Of a DNA stretch of 64,000 nt, positions 13,850 through 25,700 are shown in pieces. The position numbers and the translations under genes were made by a program. Source of the stretch: Perna viridis (Eukaryota); contig CM074514.1 in the NCBI GenBank assembly GCA_037379345.1, positions 21,018,001 through 21,082,000 of the forward strand, written 5' to 3'. Every line of letters begins with the position of its first letter. Within the stretch, counting starts at the first letter, position 1. Below the pieces are notes generated by a model, which was not told the DNA's origin, did not search any database, and saw only the letters and a program-made list of their open reading frames with translations.

Positions 13850-14928
13850 GCACCTCCAATTCGAAAAGAATGGGACATGAAATGTCATATGATACTGCAA
13901 AAAAGACAATGATTTTTGTACGATAGACGATTATTGATAACAGGTTAAACTTGTCCCATCGTAATGAATAAACATTTTCATTCAAAAGAGAATTGCGGGA
14001 TCGCAAGAACGTTTTAGGCAATGTGGTGGGGTAAGTAGCCTTGTCTACCTGTTGGTTTATAACTAGTATTGTGGAAGGACCCTTTTGGAGCTCTTAATGG
14101 AAGGTAAACACCTCATGATCTGGACGTGAGAAACAGGCATCTGACACATGAATGACATGACTAGCTGCAATCTCCCCTACTTGGAGCAAGCCAAAATACT
14201 TAGCCTAAAAGCAGAAGAAAATAAAACAGAGTCGTTACTAGATTTGCATACATAGGAGAAGGACAGCATCGGTTTTTTAAGTAAATCTACTTATATGGGC
14301 ATACGAATATCAGGCTTAGGAATATTTTTATGTTAAATCCTTCAATGTGTTTACAAGGAATGACTGCGAATTTTCATGTAAATCTTAAAGTTTATGGAAA
14401 GTACTGATCCCACTTATGCATTGACTGTGGAAAAGGCATAACCTCGTATAGAAATAAATGCAATATCTTGTAAGAAACGAGACACGGGGCGGGCCTAAAT
14501 GTAGGGAGGCTATAAAATATGCGAAATGAATTAAACGATTCAACAGCAGATTCGTAGGTTACAAGCGTTGCTACCGTAGATTAATCAACTAAAACATTTA
14601 CTTCAGTACCTAAATCTTCAAAGACGGTTTGATATTCCTGTTCTCTGCATCTGCTGTTGGGTTAAAATAGTGAAACCACTGAAAATCACAACGTGATAAA
14701 GAATCAGCAAATTTATTAAGCTTCCGGCTTATATGAACTGCTTTCAGTAAAATGTTAATCTGTAGAGTACAGCAAAACGAGCTTTCTCACAAGGGGTATC
14801 ACTCTTTTTGACTTTGACGATTTTTAGTAATTGTCACAACAGCTTCATTGTCAATTTTGAAGACAATTTTCTGGTTTTTAAGGTCAGAACCCCAAATGGA
14901 GTAAGCGACAACTCTAAAATGTAATATC
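13850..14928 (-). mobile_element. Decayed Ngaro/DIRS-type tyrosine-recombinase retrotransposon (RNase H + YR integrase)
   Basis: Minus strand reads VVAYSIWGSDLKNQKIVFKIDNEAVV...NILLKAVHI..LNKFADSLSR (DIRS-type RNase H), then integrase motifs TY..A...F..F, DIRMPI, YFGLL.VGEI and CPI. Multiple stops; interrupted by the SINE at 14931. Confidence 0.7.
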
Positions 14929-14930
14929 CA

Positions 14931-15437
14931 CCCGTGCAGGTCCGGGTGTTAAAAGAATAGGCCTGCAGCAGCGCTAAGCTTGTCGTAAAAGGCGACTAAA
15001 TAGCGCTCAGAACACTAGCTAGCCGGGGCCCACAGAGCAACTAGGTTGTGTGTCCCAGGTGGTGGAATGGAGTAACCCTGGCGTGTTACATGCTGGGGTT
15101 GTCAGGCTATAATACGGAAAACCTGACCGCAAACCATAGTGGTGCACCGTGTTGGGAAAGATGCCACGTTCCTCGCACGTTAAAGAACCCTACTGTGGTA
15201 TTCTCCCGGAGTATGAACCATAGGGCTCCGCCACAGGAGGCTAAATTGCCCGACCCTACCCACTTCTCTCTATTTCCAGTGGCAATCAAAATTTGTCGGC
15301 CCCATTGTCCTTGTGTCCCATCCCTTTTTCATTTCATCATTTCATGTTCATTTTATCATTAATTTCATGTTCATCGTCTGAATATAGCTGAAATATTGCT
15401 GCTCGGACGTTAAACCCCAACAAACAAACAAACAAAC
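14931..15437 (+). mobile_element. Full-length SINE (Nin/Deu-domain-like), subfamily B
   Basis: CCCGTGCAGG head, central GCACGTTAAAGAACCC...GGCTAAATT motif resembling the Nin/Deu domain, (CAAA)n tail. TSD CTAAAATGTAATATC (14914-14928, 15437-15451). Confidence 0.9.
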
Positions 15438-15508
15438 TAAAATGTAATATCAGATAAAATACCATCATTAGACTATTGACTTGGCCAGGAGATTTGAGCC
15501 CATGTTCT

Positions 15509-15579
15509 TGTTCTTTGTTGTGTATGTCTGTTTTCCATGTCTGGTCTTTATCCCTGAATTTGGTTCCCTTGATTACTCT
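15509..15579 (+). mobile_element. Short, internally deleted Naiad-like 3' terminus
   Basis: TGTTCTTTGTTGTGTATGTCTGTTTTCCATGTCTGGTC...GGTTCCCTTGATTACTCT matches the family 3' end. Confidence 0.7.
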
Positions 15580-15704
15580 TGCATGTTTAAATGTACATAC
15601 CTGCCCATCGATAAATTCATTAAAATAATTGTTTTGAGGATATGAGAGATTATGATTGATTGCTTGATTGTTGGGGTTTAACGCCCGAAGAGCAATGTTT
15701 TTAC

Positions 15705-16067
15705 CTGTTCTAGGGTGGCGTCGAGTGGTTTGCATTGATGATAATCTTAGCTTTGTACTTATTGAGGCGAAGTTGTCTTCGACCTTATCGTTGATTTCGT
15801 CGATACAGTACTAGCCGGTGCTCAGCAGAATGGGAAACCAGGTGGTGCCTTCGTCGGGAGAGTAGGAATTGTTGCCTGCGTGAATATTGGGGATGGCGTA
15901 ATAGGTTTCCAGACTCACCAGTGCCATCTCGGAGGTCTTGGATTCCTTGAGTTGCAGTGGGGGTTCAACCTGGTAAGGATTCGGCTATCGTTTCCAGAGA
16001 CGATGAAGGAAAATCCCTACTCGTGGTCGGTGTTATCAACAATTTTCTGCAACAATGTGTTGTCCAT
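15705..16067 (-). pseudogene. Polinton/adintovirus-like minor capsid (penton) protein remnant
   Basis: MDNTLLQKIVDNT..*GFSFIVSGNDSRILTRLNP / PLQLK..EMALVSLETYYAIPNI..GNNSYSPDEGTTWF..L.TG*Y.IDEIN. This fits the recalled Polinton mCP N-terminal pattern, with two stops and a frameshift. The upstream ORF stop abuts the ATG (TAAATG). Confidence 0.65.
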
Positions 16068-16641
16068 TTATTTATGGGCTGCTGCGATAGCGTATATGCT
16101 TGCATCCACTCTTCGAGACCCTCATAATACTTCTTGAGCTGTTTTCCGGCCCTTACCACGACCTAATAAACCTCGTAAGGGTGACTGGCAAAATGGAGTT
16201 GTAATTGAATCTTATCCATTTACTTTTGGAATACGACGTTCATTTTCTGACCATCGGATTCAAACTGCAGGATTCTGTCGGAGATGACAAGAGCAAACGC
16301 TTCAATGTTGGCTAGAACATTGCGCGAGAATTCGTCCCGGTTTTGAACGTTTGATTCTTTTAGACGCTCGGACTGGTGACTTACATCGATTATAAACAAG
16401 GGGTACCATTCGAGAGGTTGATTCCACTTTACTGAGCAGAGTGTCTATGTTGTAGAATTTCTTTCTGAAGTCGGACACCTCTTTGAACTCTTTTGGTGAC
16501 CATGTTTTCGTTGAAAGCCAAATTATAGTCGATGGCTTGGTAACGTTCAGCGTTGATGGTGACATGCTTTACTTTCGATGGCTTTGCACAGTCGCATTTT
16601 ATTTTCGTCAGAGGGGTGACGTAAGGGACGAACCACGAGAT

Positions 16642-17088
16642 CTAACGCAAGAGGACCACCTTTGCCAAATCGTTTACGGCGGCGGCCCTCAGGACAGCAT
16701 TGGCGTCTGAATCGCGAACGAGTGGGAGTTCGTGCCTGAACCCGTATACGATCTTGTAATCATCCGCGAAGCCAAATATGTGCTTCAGAGGGATGGCAAA
16801 TGAAAACGACCCTTTACTGGTTGGTTTGGTAACGATGAAAACATGGCTGGCTGCAAATCCAGTGTTATCAGCCTCGGCGTAGGTAATATTATCCTTATAC
16901 CATAGTTGGTTGAGACCTTGTGATTTGGAGAAGTCGTCGGGATAGGTCAGCATTCCCAACATGGTATTTGCGATACCAGGATCGTTAAGGTTTTCGATCT
17001 GCTGTCCGAACAACCTGTAACTGATGCTCTTGAAGAGATACACGATACAATGATACAAGGTCTGCATCAGCATATGCGGTACCATAGT
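16642..17088 (-). pseudogene. Polinton/adintovirus-like double-jelly-roll major capsid protein fragment
   Basis: GTAYADADLVSL / YLFKSISYRLFGQQIE..DPG.A.TM.G.L.Y.DDF..SQGLNQLWYKD...KGSFSFAIPLKHIFGFADDYKIVYGFRHEL.LVR.SD matches the recalled Polinton MCP signature. Truncated at both ends; GC content above flanks. Confidence 0.75.
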
Positions 17089-17249
17089 TCTTCCATCTCT
17101 CTACGGCTTTTGTGGCCCCTTTTCAACACATTTCAAGGCTGCATTGATGGCAGAAATCACGGAATTACTTCCCAGTGTTGTTCCATCGACTTTGTTCTAT
17201 AAGCAGTCTGTGATTAGTGGTCCGAAATTTGCAAAATAAAAAATAATCT

Positions 17250-20200
17250 TTATCATCCAAAATATCAAAGTATTTCTCATATACAAGATCTTCCTTAAAA
17301 ATTCTATAATTTACAGCTTTAGCACTTTCATGAACCATATAGACATGTTTTAACCACTGTCTTTAACCAAGTATCACTACGAAATATCTGAGTAATCCAT
17401 GCATAAGAAAGACCACACTCATCAAGTACCTTTTTAACATAAAGAAGCCATGGAATTGAAATGCCACAGTTTGATTGTATCTTGTGTAATAATTTATTTA
17501 TACATTACATACGAATATTGTGTATGCTTTCCAGGAACAAGTTTTATCCAGTATGTTACCATTCTATGTTTAACATCTAAAAGTAATGGATGACGACCCA
17601 CTTCACCATAAACCATAACACTTGGAGTTGAAGACTTTAAACACAGCAAAATGTTGTAAAATTTTAGATGAACCTTTGTATCGGTTCAGTATTTCCGAAG
17701 CCCCAAACTTCTGATCCATTTAGTAATATAGGTTTTACAACATTATCAAATAGATCTTGTTGACAAGAGATCGATAGGTTATGATGTTTACCTCTCTTAA
17801 GTATCTCATACATAGCCTTCAGTTCCTTTTCTGCCTGTGATTGTATTGCTTTCGCAAGTTTTCCAAGGAGAACACCTCAGTAATTGAAATCTTATCGACA
17901 ATATCGATATTTTGGTGATTGAAATTAAATGTTAGATTGTTTCGCAATCTACCATTACAAAAACAAAGAATCTTAGTCTTGTAAACATTAACTTTTAGTA
18001 TCCATGTCTCACAGATGAAAATATCTAATTGATTTTGTAGGTTCTTTTTGCGTTGCAGCCATCAGAGCTGCGTCATCTGAATATAACAAATAAAAATTTT
18101 CTTTAATAAATTTAGCTAATTTTCTATCTCATCACATATTATTGACAGCCCTGATGCATCATGTCTACCAATAAAATCTTCTACATATTGAGAGAAAGAG
18201 CAAACAAAAGAGGAGACAAATTTTTACCCTGTATGACTCCCATTTCACATGGGAAATATTCAGATGCACCTTTGTTATAAATAATATTGGATTTAATATT
18301 CTTATACAAATTTTGAATAACATCTTACATTTTACCATTTATACTATTAAGAATACATTTATTCCAAAGAATGGTTCTCCAATTCTTATCGAACACGTTC
18401 TCAAAATCAATAAATGCGCAATATTTTTTTTTAAGAATTCCGAAAAATAAATATATAAAGTAAATATGTTATCAATGGTAGAATATTTTTTTCTAAACCT
18501 GAAAGTGTCTAATTCAAAAAGTAATCTGAAAAAGTGTTCAGGCGTTCGCTTTGTATAGTCGTAAAAAGTTTACTCAAGCACCATGCATCGTGATGGGTCT
18601 GAAGTGTTTAGGGTCATTGCTATCAACCTTATTCTTACATATTGGAATGATATACCAATTAACCAGGTCTCTGGTATAATACATGTATCAAAACTTAGGT
18701 TAAATAACTTGCTTTTTATACACTCATTAACAACATCATCTTCACCAAAGCTTTGTTATTTTTAAGCTTTTTAACACATTTCAAAATTTCCTCCTATTGT
18801 TTATATTTATTAAAATCGTAGCTAATCTAAATGAATTCATCATTTTGATCATTTGCAAACAAGGAAATGGAATTCATTATTTTCTGAGGGATCACTGTTT
18901 AAGTCTTTAAAATATTCATAGAGGGACTCAATACTGATATTTGGTTGTCTCTTACTCCTTCCTTGATTAAGTATTTTCCAATATTCCTTAGGATTTTGTG
19001 ATCTCATTCGCTTAAGTTTTCCGATCATGTCGTCTCCATATTGCTTCTGACATTTATCAAGAGTTTTCTTATACAACTTTTCGGCATTACTTAACTGTTC
19101 CTTGTTTGCCAATGATCTTGACGTTTTAAACCTATGTCTAAATTTTCAATGATTTGTTCTTGCAAATTTACAGTCTATATTGAACCAAGGCTTATCATTA
19201 ACGGTACATCTAAGGTTTGCTTTGTTAGTAAGTTCCAAAGGCGTGCTTTGCACTGCTGATGACAAACGTGATGACTTTTCATTCAGAATTGTTAACTTTC
19301 CTTTCATCTATGGCAACATCCCTTCGGCTCCTGCGTATAGAGTGTTCATATCACAACTCATACGTTATGCCAGAGCTTGCCGAAACTACGCAAACTTTTT
19401 GTATCGCGCTAGAACTCTAACAAATAGGCTTCTGGAACAGGGTTATGTTGCTACAAGATTGAAGTCATCACTACAGAAGTTTTATGGTCGCCATCATGAA
19501 CTCGTGGATCGTTTTGGTGTATCCATCAGCACCATGAAAACTGATGTATTCAACGGGCCATAGTTTTCCTTCCCTCGTTTGTCTACCCCGGACTTGACTT
19601 TTTATGAGCAGCTCGGCGGGTGTTTCTAGAAAAGCAGAGGACGCTTACCCTACCGGTGCACGTGGTCCATGCTCCCAGTTTTTAGTGGAGTCCGAGTTGC
19701 TCTTTTACTTTTGTTACTTTGTATGTATGATTTTAGTTACTTTATGTTCTTTGTTGTGAATGTCTGTTTTCCATGTCTGGTCTTTGTCCCTGGATTACAT
19801 TCTTTTGATTACCGCTATAACCTTGGTTCCCTTGATTACTCTTGCATATCTTACCTACAAGAAATATTCGAGTTAATATTCTCTCTCGGTATTTCTAAAA
19901 TATGAGCGATTTCATTCAGCTTAGCCTGATCTATATTACATATAAAATCATTTTCTTTGTTTTCATTCCATTTCTTATCTTTCACTGTTTGGTGTGACAG
20001 ATCTTGTACATTTGTAACTTTCATTACCTTGTCTTTCTTACTTTTATACATACTCATGGAAATACTCAAAGGACAATGCACATCTGAAAATAGATTCGAA
20101 AACTCTAGAACTTTGAAACTAAGAAAACTACTAAATAAATCAACAGAACTAATGTAATAGTCAACAACGCTTACATTTTTACAAGTAAATTTACCATCTT

Positions 20201-21460
20201 GATCACCGTTCACCCTTCCGTTAAGTATTCAATATGTTGTTAGGTTTACAAAAATCAAGTAACTGTGTGCCAAATCTGTTTTAGCCTTTGTCACTGTTAG
20301 TCCTATCTGTGGGGATGTTAAGCTCGTCTAAAAGAAACAAGTTATCATCTATGTATTCTAGAAAATCGTTCGACGGATCCTTATCATCTTATCATCAAAT
20401 TTGAAGTAGTCTAATTCATCTGAGATTCTTGAAATCTCCTTATAAAGAAATATACTTATATCTGTAAGAGAGGGTCAAAAATTAATTTTCTATTTGACAA
20501 ATTGTATCAACGGAAGTATACGTTGTACATTCTGGAGGAATATACACAATACCAAAAACTACATCGCTATTTTTATTTACAAGTTTTTCATTTATTCAAA
20601 ACTATAAAACATATTTACAATCAGTCTAAAACATTCAACACAATCTTCATATTCTATCTTAAATCCCAACAATATACCACCGGATTAAACGTTCGCCACT
20701 TTTGTCTATTTTTCATGTAAATAATTGATGTAACCCGGAAATTCAATATTGTCAATAATATCTGTGTTTGTCACAACAAGCCCGATGATATCATGATTAT
20801 TAACCAAATCTAAAAATTCAGGATAGTTCGACCGTTTTTTTTACCCCGCAACAATTCAACATTAGAATATTTAATTCGTTATGAGAAGGTTTGATCATGT
20901 GGACTGGAAAATGAAATATTTACATCAATATCACTGTTAAATTGCTATCATAATCCACACCAGTATCACTAATACTACTACAGTCTACATCACTGTTGCT
21001 ATTGCTACTACAATCTACATTACTATTCTTCATTAGTATCATTTACATTATTAGAACTATGTATAGTTACAATGACATTATGTTCTGTATCAGGAACGGC
21101 TGTATTGTCGCTTCTGTCTGTGTTCACTCCATGGCATTCCTAGCTCCGCGGACGTGACGTGCTCTCTTTCCTTGCCTAGCTATACAAGATATAAACTCGT
21201 CTACAGTTCATCTTGATGGTCATTTCGACAACCACCAGCTGGGCTGCGAGCAGCTTCAGCTTCCATCACCTCACTTTGTACCACGGATGGGAAGTATTGT
21301 TCACCATCGATGTATAAATGATCTCTTATTATAACCACTTCTTCTCTCACTCTTAACTTCCTTCATTTTCGGATTTAGTTTCTTATGTCCGGCTACAATT
21401 TCCGGTGGAAAATGCTCATTGATTCCAAACGGTTTTCCCTTAAGCTTATATGCATTGTAA
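17250..21460 (-). mobile_element. Decayed LINE (RTE-X/CR1-group-like) with ORF1 C-terminus and ORF2, interrupted by a Naiad-like insertion
   Basis: ORF1-like LKGKPFGINEHFPPEIV...HLYIDG (~21300-21450); EN motifs FTCKNVSVVDY and FSDVHCP (19851-20213); PKEYWKILN..LYEYFKDLN (18849-19112); decayed RT further down. Colinear with the intact ORF2 at 61148-63994. Confidence 0.8.
19259..19842 (+). mobile_element. Naiad-like Penelope element 3' portion (RT C-terminus + 3' UTR) nested in a LINE
   Basis: DKRDDFSFRIVNFPFIYGNIPSAPAY.VFISQLIRYARAC...LKSSLQKFYGRH, stop at 19561-19563. No C-terminal endonuclease follows, consistent with the N-terminal-endonuclease Naiad/Chlamys group. Confidence 0.85.
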
Positions 21461-22749
21461 AAAGTAATTTCACAAAATAATCTTTGTTTCAATTTTATTT
21501 TCTTTTTAGTCGTCTTTATTATCTTGATCTTATTTGTCTTTGTCATGTAATGTATTATTCTAAGTAAAATTATGATTATATAAATACATATATATGTATC
21601 TAAGTACCGGTATGTGCTAGGTTCAAACATGTTTGAATGTGTGGACTGCTTTTCAGGAAACCGAGGTAGTCCAAAGTTCATCTATTAAGAAGGACTTATT
21701 TGTATATGTAGATTGCATTTTAAACAATATAGTAACATTTTACAAATTTATAATTTCATCTTATGCTTAATTTTTTATATTTCCAAAAATTTCTTTTATG
21801 TATTCCCAATCACTGTCGCACAAGTCGTTGAGTGTAATTCAACGTTTGATTACACAAGGTGCAAAAGTTAATCAGTTAATATATATGGTAACTGACAAAG
21901 GTGAGACCATTAAAGTTTTATTTACAAAAAGGTCCCCGTAACCACCTGTCAGAGAGACGAACACTACACATCCATGTGGGTGAAATGGTCAGGTCAATGC
22001 TTGTCATCGGGATGTTTAGTTGAGTACAACCTGCGGGTTGTATAGGAGATATCTGGCATATTTGGTTGCAAAACACCTCTTGTGAACTGTAGCTCTGTTA
22101 CAGCGAACCAAAGTCAGAGAAGCCTTCTGCATGGTTAGCCCCATGAAGGAGCAAATACAAACATGGTTGTAGACGTAATGACACCTAAATATAAACGCTT
22201 TTGAAGGGAGCTCTTACATAGCCATATATGTTTCTATGGAGAGTTGGGAAGCGGCAGGATATCAACCTGGTTTTATTGCCAGCCGTACTGAGAACGCTAC
22301 CCAGACACGAATATGGACAAACACCCACAAAACTCTCATGGATTCTACAAAAACTGCTTGCATTTATTGTTGTTTATGTAAGAATTCAGAATGGACTAAG
22401 GCAGAGAGTCGTTCATCAGCAAATGATAAAAAGAAAATCTTCGCTCTTATGTTTTATCTCAACTAGAGAATGAATAACTTTCTGTTCATAAGCAAAGGAA
22501 GGTCGTATTAAGGTTAAAATGCAGTCACAAAATGTGTCTGCAAGGTCTCACATTATTAGGGTTTCCTATGATATTTCTGTCTGAAATTGACAGACATAGA
22601 GACAAAGAGAAAAATAAACACTAAACTGATTTTATACATTCAAGTAACGTTCAAGTAACGACACGATTTTTTATGACTTTGATGGGTTTATATTTTATTT
22701 CTAATTGATACAATAATAAGTGATACGACAAAACAGTTGTTTATGAATG

Positions 22750-25700
22750 TTAAGTGTACAACTTACACAGTCTCTCTGCTTCTCTTACACCAGATGACAT
22801 TGCACCGTGTGTAGTAGAATACCATTTCTCGTGTGTCGCTTCCCCTGCAAAACATAAGACGGGCTTATTCTGGACCAATATTGGTTTCCCCAAGTCTGAT
22901 CCACATTCCGCATAGGAGTTAACGGAATAGTTGCTGTATGCTCCATAAAAGAGAGGATTTGTACTCCACGACGACACCTTGATGTCTGTTGGTTCTGGGA
23001 TACTTTCATCAGCATAGATTTTTCTGAAGAGTTTTGTACACAGCTTTCCAACTTCTTGTTTTGGCAGGTTGCAAACTTGTTTGGAATCCTGGCCATATAA
23101 CCAGAAACCTAACTTATTTTCTGTGGTTGGTATTTCAATTATGAGTGCTGTCTTAAACCAAGACGGTAGATTCATCTCACTGAAGTTTTCCCATGCAGTA
23201 TACCTACTTGCTTCCCCTAGTTGCCAAAAAGGTTTCTCGTAATACAAGTAAATTCCTTCAAGTTGACCATATCCCATTCTCTCTATAGCATCTCGTTTCC
23301 AATGTGGAAGCTCGGGAACAAAAAGTGCTTTATGAAACTCTTTCAAATGCCCAAGTGGACATGTAATGATGACATGATCTGCATTGCTATTACATTCCTT
23401 GTCGGCTGTTTGACACGTTATCGTGACGCAATCAGTATTTTCATCGTTCCAGTTTAATCTGATAACTTTATTTCCCAGTTGTACTGTTCCCACCGGAAGA
23501 TCGTTTGCCAGACTCTCAATGACTTTATAATATCCCCCTGGTACGACGATATCTTTTCCTTCTGAAAAACCTTCATTTACCGGGAAAAGTTTTGCTGATA
23601 ATTTATCAGCGTTATTTCCGGCGGATAATGACATCATTTCGATAAGACAGTTTAGTGCAATTTTTACGTCAGATCGTTCTTTTTCTGCTATACTATCTAT
23701 TGTTTTCTCTATTCTTCGCCTAAAATACTTCTCGTACGAAACAGTTTCCTCCTCCTGGTTTTCATTTTTCAGTTCCATTTGGATAGCCTCAAAGATTCCA
23801 AAGGCTTGTTGCAAAATGTTACCACCCATGACATTGCCTTTTTCTGTACACCATGGAATAGATTCTCTAAAAAGAAACTGGCCTGTAATTTCCTATATTT
23901 TTTTTTATTTCTATTCTTGTGATTTATGAGTTACACATGTGAAAGGTGTTAATGTTTTAAATGCTTGCTTTATATCTGATACTGACTTCAGTATCTTTTT
24001 TCGCCTACGAAGTCACGGCGAGACACTGCACAACGCTACTGCGCGTCCTTTTACTTATATTGTAAAATAAATTTGTACAGTGTCCCTCCGAATAACCCTT
24101 TTGAACACACCATTTAGGAATTGTTAAAAAAAAATTACATATTTTTGTTTTCGAAAATCTAAAACACTTAATCAAATCAAATGTCAGTGTCACAGGTTTA
24201 CCCTTTAACACGGGGGTGATGTATATACAATAATATTAGAGTAAATGTTAAACTTTCGGAAAACCTAACGTTCTAAAACTTATAAGTCGCAAAACGATAT
24301 TTTTAAATTTTGTAAAATCTTCCAAGTTTGCATTTGTCTTCTTATAGACATAGAAGCATTTTTCAAATTACGAAACGATAAATACCATTCAATTTATCTT
24401 TTAAAATAATTTAAAAAAAAACACGACGCTGGTCCCTTTAAAAGGTCGTGTGTATGGTGTTGTAGAATGGATAAGTTTCTTGAAAATACTTTATAAGAAA
24501 TAAATCTAGAGACGCTGAAGAGACTGAATTGCTCACATGGAGAACTAAAAATCATGTATCATTGGAACAAACGTAGATATTTAAAGAGGTCCTTATACTT
24601 ACATCATTTCTATTACCCGTTGAGCCACCTGAGTTGCACAAAAAACGGATGCTTGAAGAATGCATTTAGGCCAACAACACTATCAAGTTTCAAAACATTA
24701 GCATCTGTGGTTTCAGAGAAGTTCATCTCTAAAATTGGCCACTCAGAAGCTTAGATAGCGGCGATCTAGTTTAATTAAGAATGTACCAAAACTTTATTAC
24801 AAGTAGTAATTATCGTTATTTCTACCAAATGTTGTCACCATTGGCTGAGTATAAGCAGATAAAAGTGCCTTTCCGCAAAAATTTTCATTAGATATTTGCA
24901 AGAAAACTGCTGATTGACCTATGGAATATTTATACCTAGTTTGGTTCAAAGTAGTCAGGTAGTTTTAGATAAGAAGATGTTTAGAAATCATAAAAAGAAA
25001 AAAGCGCCAAAAATGGACAAAAGATCTTATTTCGGGGTTTTGACTCCGTAAAAGACTATCCTATTTTCTGAAATTTTGACTGATGAAAGGTATACAGTTA
25101 ACATTCTCAAGAATACTGCTATAGCTTTCATTTAATTGTAAACAAAACACTACCGAACTGGTAAAATTATCATAAAAGGGATAATAACTTTAAAACGGGT
25201 CGTTTGGCTAACTGTTCAAGCAAGATTTCCACGAAAGTCTTAGGTTTCTCCTATGTGTTTCGGTTTTTGAATTAGACCCTAAGGTCTATTTTAGTAACAG
25301 TGGTTATGTTTTTTGACGGACCAAATATCCAAAATGCACGCCATCCTAGGGAATAATCCTATCAGATTTTATTTTTTCAATAGTTTCAGAGGAGAAATGT
25401 TTGAAAAAAAATTAACGACGACGACGAAGACGCCAAGTGATGGCAATTGCGACCAGGTGAGCTTAACATTAAAAAAATATAATTTGTTACCTATCAATGC
25501 CTGAATATGGTTCTTTTATCAGCCCTCTTTCTTTTGCAAACATAAACACAGGATTCTCTTCGCTGCTATCGTGAATGAAATTAGCACCTGGATTTATAAA
25601 TCCATCACCAAACTTTTCGGTCCACATTCTTCCTCCAGGCCTAAAAAAATAAAGAATAAATATCAAACGAAGTGAAGTATTTATTATTTTTTTCTTTTTT

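Noticed and set aside
19604-19702. ATGA...AAAA in the Naiad 3' UTR as a SECIS element
   Set aside because: The ATGA lies in a Watson-Crick stem with no opposing GA quartet or correct spacing, and I saw no conserved in-frame TGA in the fragments.
21900-22480. GC-richer stretch with two short ORFs and a hairpin downstream of the oxidase gene
   Set aside because: No recognisable domain or splice structure. It may be a decayed retroelement 5' region, but I cannot support a call.
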